A stretch of 57,051 nt of DNA from Chromera velia. Taxonomy: Eukaryota. The notes under the pieces were generated by a model that worked only from the letters and a program-made list of their open reading frames with translations, searched no databases and was not told the DNA's origin. Every line of letters starts with the position of its first letter. The first letter of the stretch is position 1. Where the stretch lies: positions 1 to 57,051 of the forward strand of contig JAHBMJ010000104.1 of the NCBI GenBank assembly GCA_018398765.1, given 5' to 3'. The position numbers were made by a program, and so were the translations under genes. This document shows positions 38,443 through 50,816 of the stretch, piece by piece.

Positions 38443-39357
38443 ATGTCGCAAGGAGGCCAACAGCAGGGAGATTTCAGCAGCAAATCCTTCAGTTTGCTGA
38501 CTTACAATGTCAATTTTTCGATTTGTAAGATCCGAAATGGACAACTGAAAGCAAGGTCTTCGGCCTGCAAAGTGTTACAGGCCTTGAAGGAAGTTCTCCC
38601 CGACGCGATTGCCCTTCAAGAGACAAACGAGGGCTGGGAAGCCCTATGGTCAGGAGACGATTTCCTGTCTGGCTCCTACCAAGGTGTGTGGCATCACAGG
38701 GGTGCTGCAGGGGGGCAAGCTTTTCTGCTCAAGAAGGAAAATGGTTGGCAAATTACAGACCACAGAATGGTGAACACGAGAAGACACGTGGAGGGAAGCT
38801 GGTTTGAACAACTGACGGTCTTGCTTACCCGGACAGCCCCTCCACCTGTCGTGTCTTCTGAAAAACAGAACAGTCTACCCCATTCGACTTCAGATACGCA
38901 GATCCGAATTGTTTGCGTGCACTTGCGACCGCCAAAGGGATGGATGGCCGCAACCAGTCAGACCCGGGCGGACGAATTGGAGTACACTCTTCAAAATTGG
39001 AACGTTGACGAGACACAGGGCACAGAATCGACAGACATGGGAAGACCCGCACTCGTGTGTGGAGATTTCAACGAGTGCGAAGGCTACAAGGCGCTTGCGC
39101 TACTGCAGTCGAAATACGGTCTCCGCAACGGACTCGCAGAGCACGATCCGCAGAAGGAGACAATGAGCGTCGATGTGCCATTGCTCTGGGGCCTCTTCAC
39201 CTGGCACCGAACGTTCCGGTTGGACCACATCTTTTACAGTCCACTCCAACTAAGCTGCGATGAGTGCCGTGTGGTAAGGGGGTACGAGGAAGGAGCAAGC
39301 GACCACCAACCAGTTGTCGGGGTGTTTACACTCAACCAAATCTCGTCGCCGACATAA
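38443..39357 (+). CDS. Endonuclease/exonuclease/phosphatase (EEP) family protein, intronless, 304 aa
   Basis: All EEP motifs are present in order: LLTYNV, DAIALQE, VCVHL, LVCGDFN, RLDHIFYS, GASDHQPV. The frame is open from ATG to TAA. Confidence 0.92.
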   Translation: MSQGGQQQGDFSSKSFSLLTYNVNFSICKIRNGQLKARSSACKVLQALKEVLPDAIALQETNEGWEALWSGDDFLSGSYQGVWHHRGAAGGQAFLLKKENGWQITDHRMVNTRRHVEGSWFEQLTVLLTRTAPPPVVSSEKQNSLPHSTSDTQIRIVCVHLRPPKGWMAATSQTRADELEYTLQNWNVDETQGTESTDMGRPALVCGDFNECEGYKALALLQSKYGLRNGLAEHDPQKETMSVDVPLLWGLFTWHRTFRLDHIFYSPLQLSCDECRVVRGYEEGASDHQPVVGVFTLNQISSPT

Positions 39358-40120
39358 ATCGAGTCACGATAAGTAATAGAACATCAGATTGATTGATTGA
39401 CTGTACGCATGCACATTCTCTGTGGTCCAAGCAAAGTTGCACCACCCTCGTAAGACGTTTGCTTAAATCCTCTGCGGTGTCTGCTTTTCTAACTCCATGC
39501 GCGGAATGGCAATACTGTGCCAACTGTGCTTGGGGTTCAAATGTCAATCCAGCCGGTTGACATATGCATGAACGGCTTGGAGAATTCATCGAATGTCGCC
39601 AGCTGCACGCGGAACGCAACGATGCTTCCTTTCCCCCCTTTTCAAACTTCCACTCTTTTTCCCCTGCTTTTTGACCTTGCAATGCGGTCTTTCCCTACCC
39701 TCGAGATGTCATATTGACCCTCCTTTTGTTTTTGTCTCTCAGCAGTCTCAACCTAGCAGTGCCGGACTGTGCTACGGCTATAATGCTGCATCTTGTTCTG
39801 CACGTTTTGCTCACTGGCTGCCTTCCGTATTAAGTTCGCCATGCAGGTCCTGCTGCGACTCCTGCATTGCAAGTTTTTGGCTCGCTTCTCTGTCCATCAA
39901 GCCTGTCTTACCTTCTGGTGGACTTCTTTCCATCTATTCTTTACCTATTGTCACCCATGGTTGTTATTCTTCATTCTTCTTAACAATTTAAACTCTATTT
40001 ATAGTGATTTTTCTTTGAATTCGATAGGCCTATATATAACCACCCGAGCCCAACAGAGGCTAGGGGTTAAGTCTTCTATCATCATCATCAATGACCTCAT
40101 CATCATCATCATCATACGCC

Positions 40121-40193
40121 ATCGCCATCGGCCTATAAATAGGCGTCTAGCGTTCGGCGGCAACGCACGATCGAGTCAGTTCGGTTCTTTATA
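40121..40193. repeat. Short dispersed repeat, copy 1, preceded by (ATC)n
   Basis: ATCGCCATCGGC..AATAGGCGTCTAG..TTCGGCGGCAACGCACG..CAG(T/C)TCGGTTCTTTATA is shared with 45434-45516. Confidence 0.85.
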
Positions 40194-40919
40194 CCAGCAG
40201 TTCACTTTAATTTATACTTAATTCAAACCAGGATGCTTCTTTTCAAACTTTTCTACTTCCGGAGCAGCATGTTTGCGCATGAATGATGCTGATTCATGAG
40301 ACGTAGTCTGCTACCCATGCCAAGCTACTTCATAGCCCCAGCTCCGTCCTTGTCTATACTTTGCTAAAATTTGCTTTACACGGCAATGACCTATGCTTTG
40401 TTTTTAATTCTTTTAATTAATTAACATAAATGTACATATATATTACCAACTATATTCAAGTATATTGACGTATACTAGGATATATAATTTGATTGATTGG
40501 TTCATTGACTGAAACACAAATAAGGCATATGGGCTACACTCAGCTACAAAAAAAGGCAAGAGATAATTAGAGATTACATATGAAGAAGCAAAAAGGTTGA
40601 ATTAAGTTGTGTAATAGAGTTCACAAAAGTTTAAAACGTGCCTAACTTCTCTTTATACTATCATTGATATATTTTTTTTTTAGTGTCATAATATTGATGC
40701 ATGTGCGGTAGCGGTGGTACGAATGTATATGGGGTTGATCTCGTAAATTGCATGACATACGTCTACTATACTTACTGTGGGCCAGGGAATCCCGCAAATC
40801 CACTAGGGGGGCACTTACCTCCATTGATCCTTCACCATCTTTCGCAAAACATGCTCTCCATATAGCTGCTCATACGGAGTTCGTACGGGAATTGATGCAT
40901 ACGGCATGCCACATGATTC

Positions 40920-41295
40920 TGACGCACGCCGTGCCGCAACTCTGAATTTATCCGGCTGGGAACATTTGATGGCCAGGCCAGATAGGCTAAGACAGGCCTG
41001 ATGCACGCCGTGCCGCGACTTTAAAATTATATCTGGCTGGGAATATTTGACGGGCCGCCGGGGCTTTTTGACAGGCCATAAATATTTTACAGGCCAGACA
41101 ATATGATGATCGAGGGTCCCACAACCCAGACGGGCCTGCGATTTTGACAGGCCATACAGGGATATTCGACAGGCATGGTGATCTTCACCGGCTCACTTTT
41201 TTGACGGGCCAACTATATTTTGACGACCAACGATATTTGACGGACCAGGTGATCTTGCATAACCGCGGCTCACTTTTTTGACAGGCCAGCTAGTG
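40920..41295. repeat. Array of TTTGAC(A/G)GGCC motifs with short internal duplications, possibly a transposon subterminal region
   Basis: About 8 motif copies; GCACGCCGTGCCGC...GGCTGGGAA occurs twice and GGCTCACTTTTTTGAC twice. The array ends in CTAGTG. Confidence 0.55.
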
Positions 41296-41746
41296 TTTAA
41301 TTGTTAATTGCGCACGCAGCAAAACACGCGGGCGCCGCCATGGCGCCGCCGCGCTGATTTCATGCAGAAGCTTCGACTGCATGCATGACTCTGACTCATT
41401 GTGAGATTCAATTGTATTAAAGGCCGCTCAGAAGGCGAGTCTGCAAGTCAGACCTCCAGTTGTAATCATTTGGATAACGAATTTTCTGGAGAAGTGGCCT
41501 TCCTTGCACCATCAAGTGCTTTCTCGGTGAAAATCAGTGACCTCCCTTCTGTCCAATTTGTTGGTGCATGCACGCGTGTTGTATTACTCAGACTGTACGG
41601 AATATATATCTCTCTTGGCTAGCTCTCCACTTTGAGTCGGGCCTCACCTTTTCGGTGAGTTGTCCCTTCTCTCTGTGTAACTCAGGCATTCATTGGAAGT
41701 ACGCAGCGAATCTGTTCGCTGAGACATCTTCTCTGTATTGCTTGCC

Positions 41747-43889
41747 ATGCGGAGACGGCCATGTAGACGGGCGTGTCTCGTCCTGGTTGGCGCCTTCCTT
41801 CCCTCACTTCTCGCCCTTCCTCGTCTCTCTTCGCCCCCCCTCCCCCCCTTCTCCTTCACATTTCCATACAAAAGCCCCCCAGAAGATGGGAGCAACGGCC
41901 TCAGAGACGCCCCCCGACCCACACGGAGACGGCCAAGAAGAACGACGACGCAACTCGACTCACTTCCCGTCTCCGTCTCCGTCTCCAGAGCGGGAGACGG
42001 CACCGAGGCCTGGGCCGCTTCCCCTGTACCCCTCTTGTCGCTCTCTATCCCCTCAATAGATCGCACAGCATCACTATTCCCCACCCGGGCGGCTGAATAC
42101 GCGTCAAAATTCTCACCTTCATCAAGTTTTATAATTGCCGGCAGACCGGGGGGGGCGGGCGAAGGTGCCTCGGGTTTCGGGAAGGTTCTGCGAAAAGGAA
42201 AGGAGACGGCGCAGCCGAAGTCCAAGGAGCCTGTGGGAAGGGCAGTTGTCGTACAGAGAGTGAAAGAGAGGGAGAAGCTGAATCAGAGCGCGACGACGTG
42301 CACAGATTTCGAGCGTGAACTTTATGGAGAGTGTCAGTTTGGGTTGACTGGGAATTGATCGATGTATGCACAGACAATCTTCATGTTCAAAGAAGCAATT
42401 CAGGAGGGACACAGATAGCGTGCTGGTATACTAATCACCAGAAAAGATCGTTTGACAGGGGCTGCATGTGTGGATGGGGCTGAGCAGTTGGTGAAAGGAA
42501 AAGATCAAGTCTCAATGCAAGTGTTTGTGTCTCATGAATCCGTGTGCTCTTTCATGCCATATCCGTCTAATGATGCTCTCCACATAGAGACGAACACGGA
42601 GATATGTTGCACTCTGACATTGCAAGTGTCCCACAAACTTAATCCAGTTGTCATTGAGGCGGGGGAAGACTGAAAGGGGAGAGGTTAGAAAAACATTTTG
42701 AGACGAAGCCGACAGAATTTGACAATCCTCCCCATGCACATATTCAGCCCTGCTTGCCCGTCTGCCTCCCTGCCTGCCTGCCTGCAGGGTCACCTGAATG
42801 TCTGGGTGTACGCAACGACCTCCTTGCCCCTTGTCCTGTTGGGAAAGGCCTTCTGCAGCGCTCCTGTGTTGCTTCACAGGTTGGTGTTTGCGTTGCTGTA
42901 TGAATTTTTTATGTCAAGTGATGGTTTTATGTGTTCGTCTTTCCTTTATTTGCAAGTCCTGAAGGTGTGCATGTGCGTGCGTGCTTGCTTTTTCACTTGA
43001 TTGAATGAACGTCGCAGGACGACCACCCAGACGTGTTTGATGCTCCTTGGGACTTCGGTTCGACTTCTCTGGAGTCTGCCCGAAAGATTCTCAAATCGGT
43101 CGTCGCATCTCTGGCAGAACCGCCGCGCGAAATGGAGGGGAGTGGGGTCGGGCGTGTGAGGGGGCAAGCTGTGGGCCAAACAAAGAAGGTTGTCGACTCT
43201 GTGCGGGAGGTGACGGTGCAGAAAGGGGATGAGTCTGAGGAACGGTTCGCGTGCTTCTTCGCTCTGCATGTTTTTCATGCTTTTTCTCTCAGTTTCGTTG
43301 AGCCTGCTTATCTCTCGCTCCCGACATCTCTTCTTCTTTGTGTGTCTGTGTGTGTGTGTGTGTTTGGTGCTCTTGGCGTTCCCCTTCTCTCTCGTTTTAC
43401 TCTTCCTTTCTCGCTTCTTCGCTGGTTTCATCGCCCCTTTTTGTCACTAAAGCATCTTTCTGGGGACATCCATCATCTCCTACCACTACTGACCCCACAT
43501 TCTCTCTTTCCATCCATCCCCCCCTCTCTGGCTCACCCCCCTTGAGAAAAAGAAAAAAAAGAAAGCTCCGCCCTTTCTATCATATTTCTCTTCATGCAAC
43601 CACGCAGATATCTGAGGTTTGAAGTCCAAAGCCGACTCTTCGGCCTCTTCCCCGTGACTGACGACTGGGAGTTTTTCTTCACCCCCTCGGACACGATCGT
43701 CCAATTTCGGGGGCAGAGGAGAGGGGGGGTCCCGGTAAGTCGGCAGGGAAGTGCGTGGCTGTCTGACTGTGTCGTCCTTTGTCTCTGTGTCTGCGTGTGT
43801 GCATTTTTACGTTCACGTGTCTACTTGTGAGTATGTCCTTTTCCGTCTGGCTGCGTGTCTTCAATTGCCGCTTCACGTGTGAGTTATTT

Positions 43890-43962
<73 letters not shown>

Positions 43963-45078
43963 AAACGACTGAAAGAAGAGGCAAAAAAAGAGAACGGAAA
44001 AGCGAAGGAAGGAAAGAAGCGCAGAAAAAGAGACAGAAAGTTCATGCATCTGTCTCGTGTTATCGACTCCTTCTGTGTATTTGTGTGTGGGACTACCTAC
44101 CCATTGGCAAAAAATACACTGCATGTCTCTCTGTAGGATTTCGGGGCCAATAGGGAGAGATTGGACTCTGTCCGCATCGCCACCCGGTGGCAGAAGGTCC
44201 CCGTTTTGAGGGACAGACGCCGTGTGCTCTTTTTTATCGACTCTCCTTGGGACACTTTCGGACCTCCAACCAGTGGCACCGTGTTTGAAAGCTCACCGGA
44301 GCTGGAGTTTCTGATGCAGGTGCGAGTTGGCTTTTTCCATGTTCTTTGTTTCTTGCTTGAAATCCTTTCTCATTTTCTACCAGTGTTTTGCTCCGCTCGA
44401 GAAGACAAGATATTACTCTTGTATGCGGCACGCACTCATTCATAATCGAGTTCCGTGCGAGAAACAAAGACCGAAGGAGAAGTAAAGGAGCCGGAGAGCT
44501 CAGCAGGACGACTGGTGCAATCAGTTCACTCACGCTGATCGAAAGGCATGCGGATACAAAGTAGGGTGAGAGAGGTAGGACAACTAGAAGGATGTAAACG
44601 AAGAAACAAGTGCGCGGAGAATAAAAAGAAATAGAAAGAAAGGTTGCATGGTGCGAAAGACATCGATGGAGTTGAAAAGAACAACTAGTTTGTGAAGGTC
44701 GAGGTGTTATTCCGGCTGTCAATCTCATTTTCTGGTGTGCATGGCTCCGGTGAATTGATGGATAGGTGTACACGTGTATGCATTTATGGATTGGATTATA
44801 GGCCTGCACGGATATTTGTGCGTATGGGTGTGCGTTTGTGGATGCAGGAGGGTCTCCGCCAAGAGAGAGAGGCGCAAAAGATGAAGTCGTCCAATGGAGA
44901 TGCCCCATTCCAATTTGGTTTTTCTGCTTCCCCTTCTCCTTCTTCGTCCTCTCAGACGGAAGCTCAGCGTCAAGAGAAGGCCACAGAGGGCATGACGGCT
45001 GCTGAGAAGGAGAAGGAGAGGAGCCGGGAGCTCTTCGAGGAAGCTGCACGGCAAAGTTTTGAGGGGAAACGGGAATAG
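41747..45078 (+). CDS. DUF1499-family protein, probably plastid-targeted, ~481 aa in 6 exons
   Basis: Exons 41747-42332, 42788-42879, 43018-43244, 43608-43734, 44137-44319 and 44848-45078 (1446 nt, phases consistent). Motifs LGVRNDLLAPCP..CVASQDD..FDAPW, YLRFEVQSRLFG..DDWEFFF..VQFR and DFGANRERL..VPVLRDRRR..SPWDTFGP. A hydrophobic signal followed by an S/P-rich extension suggests bipartite targeting. Confidence 0.85.
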
Positions 45079-45433
45079 GAGCCGTCTTTTGGAGTTGAAG
45101 TTTCATATATATGTGTTGTGTGTGCATCTACCAGCATTTCCACGTAAGTTTATAAATCATTCTAAGTGTGTTACATATTATTCGAAGCTAGCCTGATTGT
45201 GATTTTAAATTTGTTTACAATGTTTAGCTATGTGATTTCCAAGATCACTTCTTAATCATGCATTCTTAATTATTTGTTCTAGTAGGTAGTCATACATGCA
45301 TAAGGCGCCAAGGTGGTAGGTTTACTTCCAAGTTAACTTGGCAAGCTTATATTGATCGATAACCATTTAATAACATAAACTATCATCATTGATTGATTGA
45401 TTGATTGATCATTATCATTATAAGCCATCATCG

Positions 45434-45516
45434 ATCGCCATCGGCGTAATGAATAGGCGTCTAGCCGCTCTACCATTCGGCGGCAACGCACGTATAAGGC
45501 AGCTCGGTTCTTTATA
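45434..45516. repeat. Short dispersed repeat, copy 2
   Basis: Same-orientation diverged copy of 40121-40193. Confidence 0.85.
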
Positions 45517-45821
45517 TAAACTAAACTTAAGTAAACTAGTAACTAGTTTAAAAATTACTAGTAAAACTAGTTTTAAAAGCATTATTATATATGTAAGTTG
45601 AACAAATAATTTAATTCATATATTTAATTTCCTATAGACTCTACACTAGCTAGAGCTTTACACTGTATTAAAAAAAATCAGAAAATTACTCTAACTTTTT
45701 CTAAAAGATTTTATTAAAGATATCATCCGGGCCTAGATATTATTGCACTGGCAATTAAGGGACCCGAAATCTTTTAACTAGTCTTTTAATGCCTCTTTGA
45801 TTTCCAGTGTCTGCTAGTATG

Positions 45822-46766
45822 TAGAGTTAGTAAATGCCGTCGGTGATAAATGTTGTTATCAACACTAAACGTATAAATGGCACTGATCGACAACGACATT
45901 TATGTTTCAATACAGTGCCGACATTTCATAGTTTGCCTAATTTTGCCTAGACCAACAGTGTCAATCTTTGACAAAAGTATATCAAAGTTGCCAAACTAGA
46001 TGAACTGACGATAGTGACCAGATTTGATTTGATTTGACTTCAACCTCAAATCTACCTCAAATCTGGTCAGATTTGAGCTTGTATGAAGCTCAAATCAAAT
46101 CAAATCAAATCTGGTCACCAACTGACAATCAAAAAGCCGCGACAATACCTATTTGATTTCTTTAACAACTTTGGGGAGGCAATCGCTAGAGAGGCGACAC
46201 CTGTTTGGAACCACTCGTTCTCTATGCTGTTGAAGGACTAAGCATTTCCCGACTATGCCAGGGCAAACAGTTGATCAAGCTGCTCTGCTGGGATTTTCAT
46301 TAACACTTTCTATTCTTTTTCTGTCTAGTTTTCTATGTCACTGGAAAAAAAAGGGATGAATAGATTAAGTATACGATGGACGGATTGCACGATAAAGGAT
46401 GAAAATGGATCAATTAAAAGCCCACGAGGAATTCTTCGATCAATTTTTGTATATTGATACACACATACAGTATATGAGAGAGACATCTCGATCGATTGGG
46501 CCGCATTGAAAAATTAATTCATGTACATGCATGCATGTAAATTTAATACCAATCTAGATACTAATTAACTGCATGCATGCAAAAACGCACACGCATAAAA
46601 AAATTAACGCTTTTTGCGCGTGCGTTTTGCGCGTTTAATCTATTAATATCTATATACTGCACATTAAATGCCACTTTGGCTATAAAATGCCGTTTCAAAT
46701 GCCGATATCGGCACTAGAGGTGTTGCAAATGTCAACATTCGGCACTGACGGCATTTACCAACCCTA
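45822..46766. mobile_element. Non-autonomous hAT-type element (MITE), 945 bp
   Basis: Left TIR TAGAGTTAGTAAATGCCGTCGGTG versus reverse complement of the right end TAGGGTTGGTAAATGCCGTCAGTG (21/24). 8-bp TSD CTAGTATG (45814-21) / CTAGTATA (46767-74). AATGCC/GGCACT subterminal repeats; no ORF. Confidence 0.9.
46012..46120. mobile_element. Tiny 109-bp hAT-type MITE nested in the larger MITE
   Basis: 26-bp TIR T(A/G)GTGACCAGATTTGATTTGATTTGA at both ends. 8-bp TSD ACTGACGA (46004-11) / ACTGACAA (46121-28). Confidence 0.9.
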
Positions 46767-47721
46767 CTAGTATACGTACATATATTTCAGGATATCTATA
46801 TTAATTTTTACTCTAATTACACTAAGCCGGAACGCTAGCCAAAACGCTCACTTCGAAATAATTTGAAATGGGCATAATCGTGACTGTCGATGTGACAGTA
46901 TGAGCATATGACTCAGAGCTAGACTCAGAGTTCATTCTCATGTATATGACAACACACTACGTCACTTCAAGTTTCTTCACCGTGCAGACGTGGTCCCAGA
47001 GATGGCAATCACCTTCACCTCCAAATTATAGTAGTACTATACTACATGCCATGCAGTGGTAAGCATAACTGAATTTATATTATCGAATCATATATGTATA
47101 TTCAACTTATAATATTAAATTATATTGCCGGAAGTTGGCCCCAAACTTAGGCAAAAAAAATAAATTCTAATATAATGAATAATAACTTTGAATGTTAATT
47201 AAGTTTTGATTGATTGTTTTAAGTTGGCCAAAGCAAATAAAAGCCAGTAACCCGGCCGCTGCCAAAGCTTTTTAAAAAGCCTCAAGTTTTTTAATTTTTA
47301 GCTAACTATACATGCTTGGTGATGCATACTTAAAAGATGTTGATAAAGAATACAGAGAGACAATGCAGTGAAAGATTCAAGGATGAAACATGACAGAATA
47401 TGTGATAGCTAAACGTACAAGAGATTAATAAGAGCTAGCTCTGGCGACAGATAGACATAGCGGGAAGGCCCTAGGGCGGAACATATCAATCAATGAATCA
47501 AAATCAATAAGAAAACTATATAAATTATTTATATTTCTTATAGCTTTATAATAAAATATTCCCGAAGTTGGATTAACTTGCATAAATATAGACTGTTACC
47601 ACTGAGATTAACTGACTGAAATTAATAATTTAGATTGATTTAGAAAGAATTTGAGACTATTGTACTCTATGCTAGACCATTCATGCTAGAGGAGCGATGA
47701 ACTCTAGGAACAATTCCGAAC

Positions 47722-47755
47722 AAACAGATAGACAGACAGACAGACAGACACACAC

Positions 47756-47788
<33 letters not shown>

Positions 47789-47803
47789 GAGACAGACAGA
47801 CAC

Positions 47804-47850
<47 letters not shown>

Positions 47851-47925
47851 CACAGACAGACAGACAGATAGACAGACAGACAGACACACAGACAGATAGA
47901 CAGACTATATTGTCTTTTTTTCACT

Positions 47926-47961
<36 letters not shown>
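47722..47961. repeat. (CAGA)n microsatellite, interrupted once, abutting the retrotransposon 5' end
   Basis: Directly visible. It ends 30 bp before the ATG at 47992. Confidence 0.95.
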
Positions 47962-48719
47962 GTCGTCACCCAAGAGCAACACGAGCAGCGAATGGATGCC
48001 TGGAACGGACAGCGCGAGGCACCCCGTTGCTGCATGTGCACTAAAGGTAAATACGGCTACAGAGGCACTAAACAGAACCCTGTCCATATGCTAACGGATG
48101 CACCACGTGTTCCAGCCTGCGTCAACAGCAACCCATGTGCTGTAACCCCCAGACACCAGCATACTTTCTCTACCCCCATCGAGATAAACCCCCAGAGACG
48201 AGAGGAGGCAAAGGTAGGAAGCGACAGAAGACCCAACCACCACCAGCGCCGCCCTCATCTAGCAGAGACACGCCCCCGACGGCGCCATCACCGCAAGAAG
48301 AGATAGTGATAACCAATCACCCTGATATAGTCACCACCAACCCACCGTCAGAACCAGTAAAACATGCTAGAGGACGGCCCAAAGCCCAAGTGATCCCACC
48401 ACAACGAGTACAGACAAAGATGACCGCATTCATCCCAGCCAGACCATCACCTCCTGTTCTAAATCACCCTCCCACTACGTTAATACAGGTTTCACCGCCT
48501 CCCTCCTCACCACCAGCTGATCGAACCAGGACTGAGGAAGGCGCCCTCCAGCTGAACCCCCAAGGTAGAGCCTCATCAACACCTCCACCTCCAGCACAGT
48601 CGGGCGCACCCTCTATGACCTGGCATAGGAACGGCACATCTGCACGGGAAGGCATTCATAAGATGACGGGCGAACGGACACAGGGAACGGGAGCGGAAAT
48701 GAGAAGGGTAGGAGAGTAA

Positions 48720-50072
<1,353 letters not shown>

Positions 50073-50816
50073 TGACCACCACCTTCACCGGCTCAGTCTA
50101 TGCACAGTGACCTCTCTGACCCAGAGGAACTACGAGCACATACAACATCCTCACCAGCTCGAGAAGACCCCCCTCCCCAGGCAAACTCACAACACCGAGA
50201 AGCTGCCTCCCCCCACCCCGAACCCCCATCGGCTACAGCTGATGAGAACCTCTTTCATCCATCATGGCACTGCTTCCCTCAACCAACGACCACCCCAACC
50301 TTCAATATCAGAACCATACACACTATCCACCCCGCTCGGTGGATAACAGTCTTGTGGATGGAACTGGATCGTCTCCTAGGGAACCCCCAAGCATGGCGCT
50401 ACTTTCTGCTGCACTCACCGCAAACCACCACATACCTCCCCAACACCCTCAGACTCCCCTATTGTCAACTCCTAGCAGCCATTGCATACATAGACTGGCC
50501 AGAACTCTGTGACCCGTATCCCAGCATGAGGCGCTGCAAACACCAAAGACGACCCACCGTCTTCCCGCCTGAACCAGCACCTAAAAAACCTGGCTACGTC
50601 CCCCCAAAGCCAGGTAAGCCAGCCAAGAAACCCCAATACTCAGCATATCCCTCCACCCTCACCGCCTCCACCCCGTATCCGGAACATCACCTCCGTGCTC
50701 TTGCATGACGTTTCTTCATTGTAGCCGATACTGTCCTCCTCGCCTCCCCACGAACAACGGTCACCCAAGGTGAAGACGGCCGCCGACTCAAGCCTCAGGA
50801 AACACCACCAAGTGCT

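Noticed and set aside
38443..39357. EEP gene as the APE endonuclease of a LINE
   Set aside because: Stand-alone ORF with its own stop and no RT downstream. The retroelements nearby use RLE.
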